In this document: positions 62,580 through 62,748 of the stretch, in pieces | Layout: each line of letters opens with the position of its first letter | Numbering within the stretch: the first letter of the stretch is position 1 | Source: Octopus bimaculoides | Taxonomy: Eukaryota | Reading direction: 5' to 3' | Assembly: GCF_001194135.2 (NCBI RefSeq) | Contig: NC_068988.1 | Coordinates: 41,314,626-41,377,373 of the forward strand | Length of the DNA: 62,748 bases | Notes under the pieces: model-generated | The model's database searches: none | What the model was told of the DNA's origin: nothing | The model's input: only the letters and a program-made list of their open reading frames with translations | Translations under genes and position numbers: made by a program

Positions 62580-62748
62580 TACTTCACTTCACTCCTACTT
62601 CTCTTCACTCTCACTTCTCTTCACCCCTACTCTTTCTCTCCTCTCTCTTACTCTCCCCTCTCTCACTCTTACTCTCTACACTCTTACTCTCTCACCCTTA
62701 CTCTCTTACTCTCTCTCACTCTCTTCTCTGTTTCCCTCTCTCTCACTC
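62580..62748. repeat. CT-rich low-complexity tract
   Basis: CTCTTACTCT-like units; (AT)n, (TG)n and (AG)n microsatellites also flank most gaps. Confidence 0.9.

Overview
AT-rich, repeat-dense animal genomic DNA with ten N-gaps. The repeat families and microsatellites suggest an octopus or other coleoid cephalopod (inference, not database-checked). Four spliced protein-coding genes were reconstructed by hand from GT-AG boundaries and frame continuity. (1) MRPS6, minus strand, 3 coding exons, 147 aa, complete. (2) ATP5PO/OSCP, plus strand, 6 coding exons seen; the start exon and one predicted 70-nt exon are absent from the called bases. (3) A complete carbonyl reductase (CBR1-like SDR), copy A, minus strand, 8 exons, 274 aa. 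(4) The last four exons of a tandem paralog, copy B, which differs mainly around the active site. The rest is transposable-element debris: RTE LINEs and their (GAT)n tails, CR1/L2 fragments, tRNA-derived SINEs, Penelope-like elements, a CRE-type endonuclease fragment, an LTR with primer-binding site, mariner, hAT and several MITEs. No rRNA, true tRNA gene or CRISPR array is supported. I found no clearly new multi-gene system. The best leads are the MRPS6-ATP5PO-CBR linkage that echoes human 21q22, the active-site-remodelled CBR paralog, an open-frame CRE fragment capped by a SINE head, a Penelope copy with inverted ends and a hammerhead-like core, and several long intronic inverted repeats. 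TE boundaries are approximate unless TIRs/TSDs are quoted.
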